Shown here: positions 28,508 through 36,665 of the stretch, in pieces
Position numbering within the stretch: the first letter of the stretch is position 1
How the letters are laid out: each line of letters begins with the position of its first letter
Source of the DNA: an uncultured Bacteroidales bacterium
GTDB taxonomy: Bacteria > Bacteroidota > Bacteroidia > Bacteroidales > UBA12077
Length of the DNA stretch: 51,965 nucleotides
Reading direction: 5' to 3'
NCBI GenBank assembly: GCA_964399175.1
Contig: CAYNPZ010000002.1
Coordinates: forward strand, 1-51,965
Made by a program: the position numbers and the translations under genes
The notes under the pieces: generated by a model
What the model saw: only the letters and a program-made list of their open reading frames with translations
Databases searched by the model: none
Told to the model about the DNA's origin: nothing

Positions 28508-28921
28508 ATGGAGTTTAAATATGAAATAACAGGGGGTGATTTTTCCAGGGCAGGCTTTGCTTCCAGTCACCTGAAGAAGATTCTGAAGCAGATCAATATT
28601 GAACCCAGGCTGATCAAAAAGATCGTCATCGCCTTATATGAGGCAGAAGTCAATATTGTGGCTCATGCTTTTGAAGGAAAGATCAAGGTCAGCATAGAAC
28701 CGGACCGGATCATTATGGATGTTTCTGATAGAGGTTCGGGCATTGAAGATATTGACAAGGCTATGGAAGACGGATATTCCACTGCTTCGGATGAAGTCAG
28801 GGAGATGGGATTTGGAGCCGGGATGGGTCTTTCCAATATCAAAAACAACTCAGATGAGTTGGAGATCAACAGTACCGTGAATGAGGGTACTGAACTGAAA
28901 ATTATTAAAAGACTGAATTGA
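28508..28921 (+). CDS. Small GHKL ATPase / anti-sigma-factor-type serine kinase-like protein (RsbW/SpoIIAB-like)
   Basis: N-box EAEVNIVAHA, G1 box DRGSGI, G2 box GFGAGMGL. It is 137 aa with no sensor or DHp domain. Confidence 0.7.
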   Translation: MEFKYEITGGDFSRAGFASSHLKKILKQINIEPRLIKKIVIALYEAEVNIVAHAFEGKIKVSIEPDRIIMDVSDRGSGIEDIDKAMEDGYSTASDEVREMGFGAGMGLSNIKNNSDELEINSTVNEGTELKIIKRLN

Positions 28922-28923
28922 TT

Positions 28924-30288
28924 ATGAATAAGCAAACTTTTCATCATGCATTGAAAATACAAAGGGAAATCTGTATCGGTTGCGCTCATTGTATGAATGT
29001 GTGTCCTACCGGTGCGTTGCGGGTACGTGAAGGCAAGGCTGTTTTGCTCGAAGAAAGATGTGTAGATTGTGGAGAATGTTACCGGGCTTGTCCTGTTAAT
29101 GCCATTTCGGTGGAACAGGACGATTTTAACCAGGTTTATGATTTTAATTACAGTGTGTTGCTGGTGCCTGAAGTTCTGTTCGGGCAGTTTCCTGAAGATG
29201 TTGACAAGGATTTGATCAATGAAACCTTACGGGAGATGGGTTTTAATGAGGTGGTGGAAGTGGAACATGCTGCCGAGATATTGAAAAACAGCACCAAAGA
29301 GTACAGCCGCAATACCAGTCAGGAGCGACCCCTTATATCTGCCTTTTGTCCTGCCATTGTGAGGCTTATACAGGTCAGATTCCCTTCACTTGTGGATCAT
29401 ATCATCCTGCAAAAACCCCCGCTGAACATTACGGCACTCTACTATAAAAAGAAACTTATGGATCAGGGGGTTGATCCAGAGGATATTGGAATTTTCTATG
29501 TCACCCAGTGCGCCGCTAAGATTGCAGCTGTTAAAAGCCCTGTGGGTGATACCAATGTTAATATTGATGGTGTAATCAATCTGGATTTTGTTTATAATAA
29601 GATTTATTCCATACTGAAAGCTCGTAAAAACTCCAGGGAAACCACTTCGGAACCTTCAGAGGAAGCGCTGTCCCCGGAAGTCGTTAGATGGAGCCTCACC
29701 CACGGAGAATCGGATAACTGTGAAGGCAGATGCCTTGCAATAGATGGGATACAGAACGTGATTGAGATTCTCGAAAAGGTGGAGGATGGAGAAATGGATG
29801 ATGTGGATTTCCTGGAGCTCCGGGCTTGCGACGAAAGCTGTGCCGGCGGTATCCTTAATCCGGCAAACCGTTTCCTGACTGTTGAAAGGTTGAGGAATAA
29901 GGCTAAGAAACTTGAACAGGCAAGGATATCCGGACAAAAATCCTCCTCAGGGATCATTCATTATCAGAAGTATCTATTGAAGAATATTGAATTACAGACA
30001 GTAATGCCACGCTCCATAATGAAGCTGGATGAGGATATGACTCGCGCGCTTAAGAAGATGCGCAGGATTAAAGATCTGATGAATACACTGCCCGGGGTGG
30101 ACTGCGGGGTCTGTGGAGCTCCCAGTTGTTCTGCCCTTGCTGAAGATATCGTGAATCAGAATGCCAGCCTTAAGGATTGTATTTTTATACAGCGAAAGTA
30201 TGAACACAATAAACTTCAGCGGCCCGAAGATTCTTATGAGATCATGAAAAATATATGGGGTGAGAATAAATTGAGTAACAATTATTAA
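28924..30288 (+). CDS. HydS-like putative sensory [FeFe]-hydrogenase homologue (2x[4Fe-4S] ferredoxin N-terminus, degenerate H-cluster domain, C-terminal Cys4 Fe-S domain)
   Basis: Ferredoxin motifs CIGCAHCMNVCP and CVDCGECYRACP. H-cluster motif analogues SAFCPAI, TQCAAK and ACDESCAGGILNP. C-terminal CGVCGAPSC...C. Confidence 0.75.
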   Translation: MNKQTFHHALKIQREICIGCAHCMNVCPTGALRVREGKAVLLEERCVDCGECYRACPVNAISVEQDDFNQVYDFNYSVLLVPEVLFGQFPEDVDKDLINETLREMGFNEVVEVEHAAEILKNSTKEYSRNTSQERPLISAFCPAIVRLIQVRFPSLVDHIILQKPPLNITALYYKKKLMDQGVDPEDIGIFYVTQCAAKIAAVKSPVGDTNVNIDGVINLDFVYNKIYSILKARKNSRETTSEPSEEALSPEVVRWSLTHGESDNCEGRCLAIDGIQNVIEILEKVEDGEMDDVDFLELRACDESCAGGILNPANRFLTVERLRNKAKKLEQARISGQKSSSGIIHYQKYLLKNIELQTVMPRSIMKLDEDMTRALKKMRRIKDLMNTLPGVDCGVCGAPSCSALAEDIVNQNASLKDCIFIQRKYEHNKLQRPEDSYEIMKNIWGENKLSNNY

Positions 30289-30299
30289 AATTTTGTAAT

Positions 30300-30653
30300 A
30301 TGAACGTTTCAGAATTAGTAAATGATTTAGGGTTAGTTATATATAGTGGTAAGAAGGCATTGGAACGTGCCATAAAAGGAGGGTACGCCTCTGATCTGTT
30401 GAGTGATGTGATGGGGAATGCGAGAGAAGGACAGGTTTGGATTACTTTACAAACCCATAAGAATATGGCGGCCATCGCATCACTCAAAGATCTGGCAGCT
30501 GTGATACTGGTTAAAGGCAACCAGCCCGATGAGGATACAGCCAGCCACAGTGATGAGGAAGGTGTTCCGATACTGGGAACTGAACTCAATGCCTTTGAAA
30601 TTACAGGCAAAGTATATGAAAAGCTTAAAGCTCATGAAATTGTTCAAGGCTGA
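30300..30653 (+). CDS. DRTGG-domain protein (paralogue 2)
   Basis: 117 aa and alignable to 28163-28504 (GYASDLLSDVMG, AAVILVKG, VPILGTEL.AFE). Confidence 0.7.
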   Translation: MNVSELVNDLGLVIYSGKKALERAIKGGYASDLLSDVMGNAREGQVWITLQTHKNMAAIASLKDLAAVILVKGNQPDEDTASHSDEEGVPILGTELNAFEITGKVYEKLKAHEIVQG

Positions 30654-31374
30654 TCTTCACGTTCATACTGTGTTATCTCCCTGCGGAGATCTGGAAATGA
30701 GTCCGGAACAGATCATCGCCGGTGCCAGAGATCAGGGTCTGGACATTCTGGGTATTACCGATCATAATTCCACCCGACAGTGTGAAGTAATGAAACGGTT
30801 AGGAGCCAGAGAAGGCATTTATATCCTTTGCGGTGCGGAGGTAAATACCAGGGAAGAAGTACACTGTCTTGCTTTTTTTGAACAAACCGAACAGCTGAAA
30901 GCTTTTGAGCAAATTATGGAAGATCATTTGCCGGATATAAAAAACGATCCTGAAAAATTCGGCTATCAGGCAGTGGTCGATGAAGATGAGTTTATACTGG
31001 ATCAACCGGAGAAACTGCTCATAAACGCTATTGAAATGGGTATTGAAGAAGTGGAAAAAAAGGTTCATGAAATGGACGGGATTTTTATTCCTGCCCACAT
31101 CGACCGCATCAGAAACGGAATCATTGGGCAACTGGGTTTCATACCCGGGAATTTGAAGTGTGATGCACTTGAACTGTCTCCCTACGCTGATTATGAAAGT
31201 CTTCTGAGAGAATTTAATTATTTGGAAAAGTATGAATTTGTTCAGGGCTCAGATGCTCATTACCCCAAAGATATTGGCAGGGTACATACCATGTTTTATC
31301 TTGAGAATGCTGGATTTGCAGAGATTAAAATGGCCCTTGCGGGATTGAACGGAAGAAAAACTCAAATTAAATGA
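30634..31374 (+). CDS. PHP-domain metal-dependent phosphoesterase
   Basis: MKLFKADLHVHTVLSPCGD (HxH motif), GITDHNS, PAHIDR, GSDAH. The start could be 30634 or 30616. It overlaps the preceding gene, and ATGA overlaps the next gene. Confidence 0.75.
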   Translation: MKLFKADLHVHTVLSPCGDLEMSPEQIIAGARDQGLDILGITDHNSTRQCEVMKRLGAREGIYILCGAEVNTREEVHCLAFFEQTEQLKAFEQIMEDHLPDIKNDPEKFGYQAVVDEDEFILDQPEKLLINAIEMGIEEVEKKVHEMDGIFIPAHIDRIRNGIIGQLGFIPGNLKCDALELSPYADYESLLREFNYLEKYEFVQGSDAHYPKDIGRVHTMFYLENAGFAEIKMALAGLNGRKTQIK

Positions 31375-31940
31375 AAACACTATCTTATCATTTATTGGAT
31401 ATAGTGCAGAATTCGCTTAACGCAGGAGCAGATCTGGTGGAAATCAACATCCGGGAGGATGATAGAAAAGGCCTTTTTAGCCTTATTATTACCGACAACG
31501 GTAAGGGGATGGATCATAATACGTTACAAAAAGCCATCGATCCCTATTTTTCGACCCGGAAAGAAAGAAAGATTGGTCTGGGGCTTTCTCTTCTGAAGCA
31601 AAATACAGAACGAACCGGAGGCAGATTTTCAATAGATTCTGAGCCTGGAAAGGGAACCCGGGTAACGGCCGAATTTGTAAAAACCCATATCGATTGTCCT
31701 GCAATAGGTGACCTGGCAGGCACTGTTCATCAGATTATTGTATTCAATTCCAAAAAGGATTTTGTTTACCACCATTATCGGGATGGAGGGGGTTTTGAGA
31801 TTAATTCCCGCCAGATAAAAGAAGTGCTTGACCAGTTGCCACTCCATCATCCGGAGATAAGCAGATACATCGAAGAAATGATCCGGGAGAATCTGAAAGG
31901 GTTGAGGGAAGAGGCAGACGCCATCGACCAATATTCCTGA
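31371..31940 (+). CDS. Stand-alone GHKL (HATPase_c) ATPase with a C-terminal extension of about 80 aa
   Basis: N-box LLDIVQNSLNAGA, G1 box DNGKGM, G2 box GLGLSLL, plus GKGTRV. No DHp, His-phosphotransfer or sensor domain is visible. Confidence 0.7.
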   Translation: MKTLSYHLLDIVQNSLNAGADLVEINIREDDRKGLFSLIITDNGKGMDHNTLQKAIDPYFSTRKERKIGLGLSLLKQNTERTGGRFSIDSEPGKGTRVTAEFVKTHIDCPAIGDLAGTVHQIIVFNSKKDFVYHHYRDGGGFEINSRQIKEVLDQLPLHHPEISRYIEEMIRENLKGLREEADAIDQYS

Positions 31941-31957
31941 ATTATAGACTGGGGATT

Positions 31958-32032
31958 ATTATTTAGAATGATTTTAAATTAATTGTTAATTTAATAACAG
32001 TGTTAAAAAAATAACAATAAATTATATATTTG
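31958..32032 (+). promoter_or_regulatory. Promoter module of the hydrogenase operon: two tandem TGTTA-N6-TAACA palindromes (Rex-box-like) plus -7 box TATATTTG
   Basis: TGTTA 31984-88 / TAACA 31995-99 / G / TGTTA 32001-05 / TAACA 32012-16. TATATTTG at 32025-32032 follows after an 8 nt gap, exactly as in the 28040-28115 copy. The ATG lies 55 nt downstream. Confidence 0.65.
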
Positions 32033-32086
32033 TATCGTCATGTAGGTTGAAGAACAAACCATATAATTTAAAACATACTGAAAACT

Positions 32087-32485
32087 ATGGCAAAAATTAA
32101 ATCTCTTGAAGACTTAAAAAAGAAAAAAGAGAATCTGCAGAAAAAGGTAGATCTAAGAGAGCGCGCCGATCATCCTGAAAATTATGTTCAGATTAAGGTT
32201 GGCATGGCAACAAGCGGAATTGCTTCAGGTGCAAAGGAGGTTATGGATTATCTTATGGATGAATTGGAAAAACGCAATATTGAAGCCGTTGTCACTCAAG
32301 CGGGTGATATGGGATACAGCTATGCCGAACCCACGATTGAAGTAAAGAAACCGGGAGAAGAAGCGGTGGTTTTTGGTTGGGTGGATACTAAAAAGGCGGA
32401 TGAAATAATTGAAAGATACATCAAGCGAGGAGAACTGGTTGACGGTATCCTTCCACAAAATTACAGAACAATTGATGAGGAATAA
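32087..32485 (+). CDS. Thioredoxin-like [2Fe-2S]-ferredoxin-fold protein lacking all cysteines (paralogue of the HydB N-terminal domain)
   Basis: It aligns to the HydB N-terminus. VGMATSGIASGA corresponds to VCGGTGCRASAS, and AGDMGYSYAEP corresponds to TGCFGFCEKGP. The 132 aa protein has no Cys at all. Confidence 0.65.
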   Translation: MAKIKSLEDLKKKKENLQKKVDLRERADHPENYVQIKVGMATSGIASGAKEVMDYLMDELEKRNIEAVVTQAGDMGYSYAEPTIEVKKPGEEAVVFGWVDTKKADEIIERYIKRGELVDGILPQNYRTIDEE

Positions 32486-32506
32486 TTTAAAACAGGAGGA
32501 TTGATC

Positions 32507-34300
32507 ATGGCAAAAAATAAGATGCACTTGCTTGTTTGTGGGGGTACAGGATGTCGTGCCTCAGCGAGTGATTCCATTGCAGAAAGTCTGAAAGAGAAGA
32601 TTGAGGAGAACAATCTCCAGGATGAGGTACAGGTTATCTTTACCGGATGTTTCGGCTTTTGCGAGAAAGGACCTATCGTAAAGGTATTACCCGACAATAC
32701 ATTTTATACACAGGTAAAACCTGAGGACAGCGACGAGATCGTTAAGGAACACCTCATCAAGGGAAGACAGGTGGAGCGGTTGCTCTATAAAGATCCTGAG
32801 AGGGGAGAGACAATCCATGATTCCAAGCACATGGATTTCTATAAAAAACAAATCAGAATAGCCCTCAGGAATTGTGGTTTTATTGATCCGGAGAATATTG
32901 ATGAATATATTGCCCGGGATGGATATTTTGCCCTGGGGACGGTATTGAAGGAGATGAGCCAGGAAGATGTCATCAATGAAGTTAAGGAATCCGGATTAAG
33001 AGGTCGCGGCGGTGGAGGTTTTCCCGCCGGGTTGAAATGGGAGTTCGCCTATAAAAATGAGTCCGATCAGAAATATGTGGTTTGTAATGCAGATGAAGGC
33101 GATCCCGGTGCATTTATGGACCGTTCCATACTTGAGGGCGATCCTCACGCTGTGCTTGAAGCCATGGCCATTTGCGGATACGCCACCGGCGCTGACAAGG
33201 GCTTGATTTACATCAGAGCAGAATATCCTCTGGCAATCAAGAGACTTAAAATTGCCATAGATCAGGCCAGAGAATATGGATTGCTGGGTGAAAAGATATT
33301 TGATACAGACTTCAATTTTGATATACAATTGCGATATGGTGCAGGAGCCTTTGTATGCGGTGAGGAAACAGCGCTGATCCATTCTATGGAAGGAGACAGG
33401 GGAGAGCCAACTTTTAAACCCCCTTTTCCCGCCGAATCCGGTTACCTTGGTAAACCCACAAACGTAAATAATGTGGAGACCTACGCCAGTGTTCCTGTAA
33501 TCATTAACAAGGGAGCCGGTTGGTTTAATAAGATAGGTACCGAGAAATCAAAAGGTACCAAGGTTTTTGCACTGGCCGGAAAAGTGAACAATGTAGGGCT
33601 TATTGAAGTACCCATGGGCACTACCCTCAAGGAAGTGGTTTTTGAAATTGGTGGGGGAATTAAAGATGGAAAGAAATTTAAGGCTGTGCAAACCGGCGGA
33701 CCTTCCGGCGGGTGCCTTACAGAAGAACATCTCGATACACCCATTGACTTTGATAACCTTCTCGCTGTAGGTTCCATGATGGGTTCCGGGGGTATGATTG
33801 TTATGGATGAAGATGATTGCATGGTATCGGTTGCCAAGTTCTTCCTGGAGTTTACCGTGGAAGAATCCTGTGGAAAATGTTCTCCATGCCGGATAGGGAA
33901 CAAGCGGATGCATGAGCTGCTTGAACGCATTACTCAGGGGAAAGCAGAGCGAAAGGAGCTTCAGCGACTGAAAAATATGTGCCATGTGATTGCTGATACT
34001 TCTTTATGTGGATTGGGACAGACCGCACCCAGCCCGGTACTCTCAACCCTGCACAATTTCTGGGAAGAGTATGTGGCACACGTGGAAGATCAAAGGTGCC
34101 CCGCAGGTTCGTGTAAAGAGCTCATGCGTTACGAAATCATGCCCGAAAACTGTGTTGGTTGTACCGCTTGTGCCAGGAAATGCCCCGTCGGAGCAATAAC
34201 AGGCGAAAGAAAACAGGTACATGAGATCGACCAGGATAAATGTATAAAATGCGGTGCTTGTCTGGAAGCTTGTAAATTTGATGCGGTAATAGTAAAATAA
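32507..34300 (+). CDS. hydB: NuoF-like flavoprotein subunit HydB of electron-bifurcating [FeFe]-hydrogenase (N-terminal [2Fe-2S], FMN/NADH site, [4Fe-4S], C-terminal 2x[4Fe-4S])
   Basis: CGGTGC...CFGFC. GLRGRGGGGFPAGLKW FMN motif. ESCGKCSPCR. CVGCTACARKCP and CIKCGACLEAC. AGGAGG lies 7 nt before the ATG at 32507. Confidence 0.9.
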   Translation: MAKNKMHLLVCGGTGCRASASDSIAESLKEKIEENNLQDEVQVIFTGCFGFCEKGPIVKVLPDNTFYTQVKPEDSDEIVKEHLIKGRQVERLLYKDPERGETIHDSKHMDFYKKQIRIALRNCGFIDPENIDEYIARDGYFALGTVLKEMSQEDVINEVKESGLRGRGGGGFPAGLKWEFAYKNESDQKYVVCNADEGDPGAFMDRSILEGDPHAVLEAMAICGYATGADKGLIYIRAEYPLAIKRLKIAIDQAREYGLLGEKIFDTDFNFDIQLRYGAGAFVCGEETALIHSMEGDRGEPTFKPPFPAESGYLGKPTNVNNVETYASVPVIINKGAGWFNKIGTEKSKGTKVFALAGKVNNVGLIEVPMGTTLKEVVFEIGGGIKDGKKFKAVQTGGPSGGCLTEEHLDTPIDFDNLLAVGSMMGSGGMIVMDEDDCMVSVAKFFLEFTVEESCGKCSPCRIGNKRMHELLERITQGKAERKELQRLKNMCHVIADTSLCGLGQTAPSPVLSTLHNFWEEYVAHVEDQRCPAGSCKELMRYEIMPENCVGCTACARKCPVGAITGERKQVHEIDQDKCIKCGACLEACKFDAVIVK

Positions 34301-34308
34301 AGGATATA

Positions 34309-36090
34309 ATGATGGAAAAAGTTCAGGTAACCATAGATGATAAAAAGGTAGAAGTTCCCAAAGGAACTACCATATATAAAGCGGCCAAAGAGGTTGGGAT
34401 TGATATTCCGGTATTGTGCTATATGAATCTGGAAGATATCGGAGTAGAAAATAAACCCGGAGGCTGCAGGGTTTGTAGCGTAGAAGTAGAGGGCAGGAAA
34501 AACCTTGCTCCCGCCTGCGCTACAGAAGTGTATGACGGCATGGTAGTGAAGACTCATACCATGCGGGTGATCAATGCCAGAAGAACTGTTGTGGAATTTA
34601 TTCTTTCCGATCACCCTAAAGATTGTCTGACCTGCAAAAAGTCAGGAAACTGTGAACTGCAGGATCTGGCAATCAGGTTGGGGATTCGTGAGATACCCGG
34701 ACAGGAGTATGCAGAGATGTCCACCTACAAAACCGACTATTCACCCTCCATTGTAAGGGAGCTGGACAAATGCATCATGTGCAGAAGATGTGAGAAGATG
34801 TGTAATGAATTCCAGACTGTCGGTGCCTTATATGCATTTAACAGAGGATTTGATGCAGCTGTAGCGCCTGCATTTGAAATGGACCTGCAGTATTCACCTT
34901 GTACCTATTGCGGACAGTGTGTTGCAGTTTGTCCTACCGGCGCTTTGACAGAGGTTGATCATTCTCGTGATCTGATAGATGCCATTTCCGATCCAAACAC
35001 CACAGTGGTTGCACAGACAGCCCCTGCTGTACGTGCAGCTTTGGGTGAGGAGTTCGGGTATGAACCAGGAACACTGGTTACTGGTAAGATGGTTAGCGCC
35101 CTTCGCAGGCTTGGTTTCGACTATGTGTTTGATACCGACTTTGCCGCCGACCTGACCATCGTGGAAGAAGGAACGGAATTGCTCGACCGGCTGTCAAAGT
35201 ACCTGGACGGCGATCAGGATGTGGAACTGCCTATGCTGACTTCCTGCTGCCCGGCATGGGTTCGGTTTATCGAACATCATTTTCCTGAAATGAAAGATAT
35301 TCCTTCTTCGGCACGTTCGCCCCAACAGATGTTCGGATCTGTGGCAAAAACTTATTTTGCCGATAAGATCAATCAGAAAAGGGAAAATATGGTGGTTGTT
35401 TCCATTATGCCCTGCCTGGCCAAAAAATATGAAAGCCAAAGGGACGAGTTTAGGGTGGATGATAACCCGGATGTAGATTTTTCTGTTACCACAAGGGAGT
35501 TGGCCCATCTGATCAAAGAGACAAATTTCCATCTGAAAGATATGGAAGAAGAAGATTTTGATAAACCTATGGGAGAATCCACTGGTGCTGGTGTGATGTT
35601 TGGAACAACCGGCGGTGTGATTGAGGCAGCTACCCGAACAGCATATGATATGTATACAGGCAATTCGCTGAATGAAAGCATAGAATTTGAGCAGTTGAGA
35701 GGGTTTGAAGCCATCCGTAAAGCCACTGTAGATTTCAACGGTACAGAAATCAATATCGGTATAGCCCATGGATTAGGTAATGCAAGAAAGCTTCTTGAGG
35801 AGATTAAGGAAGGGAAATCGGAATTCCACGCCATTGAAATCATGGCCTGCCCTGGTGGATGTATCGGCGGTGGAGGTCAGCCTTTACATCACAACGACAC
35901 AAGTATTCTAAAGGCCAGACAAAAAGCCATATATCAGGAAGACAAGAACAAGCCGATCAGGAAGTCTCATGAGAATCCAGAGATCAAGAAGCTATATGAG
36001 GAGTATCTTGGAAAACCCATGGGAGAAAAAGCTCATAAGTTGTTACATACCCGGTATTTCGATGTAAGCCGGAAAATTGAAATCGAATGA
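34309..36090 (+). CDS. hydA: [FeFe]-hydrogenase catalytic subunit HydA (NuoG-like [2Fe-2S], His-ligated and 2x[4Fe-4S] domains, H-cluster domain)
   Basis: Canonical H-cluster motifs TSCCPAWV, MPCLAKKYE and EIMACPGGCIGGGGQP. N-terminal CRVCSVEV, HPKDCLTCKKSGNCELQ, CIMCRRCEKMC and CTYCGQCVAVCP. Confidence 0.93.
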   Translation: MMEKVQVTIDDKKVEVPKGTTIYKAAKEVGIDIPVLCYMNLEDIGVENKPGGCRVCSVEVEGRKNLAPACATEVYDGMVVKTHTMRVINARRTVVEFILSDHPKDCLTCKKSGNCELQDLAIRLGIREIPGQEYAEMSTYKTDYSPSIVRELDKCIMCRRCEKMCNEFQTVGALYAFNRGFDAAVAPAFEMDLQYSPCTYCGQCVAVCPTGALTEVDHSRDLIDAISDPNTTVVAQTAPAVRAALGEEFGYEPGTLVTGKMVSALRRLGFDYVFDTDFAADLTIVEEGTELLDRLSKYLDGDQDVELPMLTSCCPAWVRFIEHHFPEMKDIPSSARSPQQMFGSVAKTYFADKINQKRENMVVVSIMPCLAKKYESQRDEFRVDDNPDVDFSVTTRELAHLIKETNFHLKDMEEEDFDKPMGESTGAGVMFGTTGGVIEAATRTAYDMYTGNSLNESIEFEQLRGFEAIRKATVDFNGTEINIGIAHGLGNARKLLEEIKEGKSEFHAIEIMACPGGCIGGGGQPLHHNDTSILKARQKAIYQEDKNKPIRKSHENPEIKKLYEEYLGKPMGEKAHKLLHTRYFDVSRKIEIE

Positions 36091-36121
36091 TTGATTCATT
36101 AAATATCAGGAGGAAATACTC

Positions 36122-36616
36122 ATGTCCAGTATAAAAGTAAAGCTTAAAGAAAAGGATCTGAAAGAGATTAAAGAGATCTGCAGGGCTCATGGCAATGAGC
36201 CCGGCGAACTGATTAACGTCCTGCAGCAGATCCAGGAGCATTTTGGTTATTTGCCTGCTGAAGTGCAGGAGGCAGTGGCCAGTGAATTAGGCTTGCCTGT
36301 GGCGAAGGTCTATGGTGTGGTTACTTTCTACTCATTCTTTACCATGATTCCTCAGGGAGAGTATCCCATATCCGTTTGCACCGGTACCGCTTGTTATGTA
36401 AGAGGAGCAGATAACGTGCTGCAGGAATTCAAAAGGCAGTTGGGTTTGGAAGTGGGAGAAACAACTGGTGACGGCAAATTTAGTTTGAACTGCCTGCGTT
36501 GTGTGGGTGCTTGTGGACTGGCACCGGTTGTGCTGGTAGGAGATAAGACCTACGGAAGGGTAGCACCGGATGGTGTGAGAGATATAATTGCAGAATATAA
36601 GAAGAACGAAGAATAG
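36122..36616 (+). CDS. hydC: NuoE-like [2Fe-2S] subunit HydC
   Basis: CTGTACYVRGA...CLRCVGACGLAPV is the NuoE-type Cys4 pattern. AGGAGG at 36108-36113 lies 8 nt before the ATG. Confidence 0.9.
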   Translation: MSSIKVKLKEKDLKEIKEICRAHGNEPGELINVLQQIQEHFGYLPAEVQEAVASELGLPVAKVYGVVTFYSFFTMIPQGEYPISVCTGTACYVRGADNVLQEFKRQLGLEVGETTGDGKFSLNCLRCVGACGLAPVVLVGDKTYGRVAPDGVRDIIAEYKKNEE

Positions 36617-36665
36617 ATTCTGATTTTGGGTTAGGGGTACACTGAAACCATTCAGTGGTTAAGTA

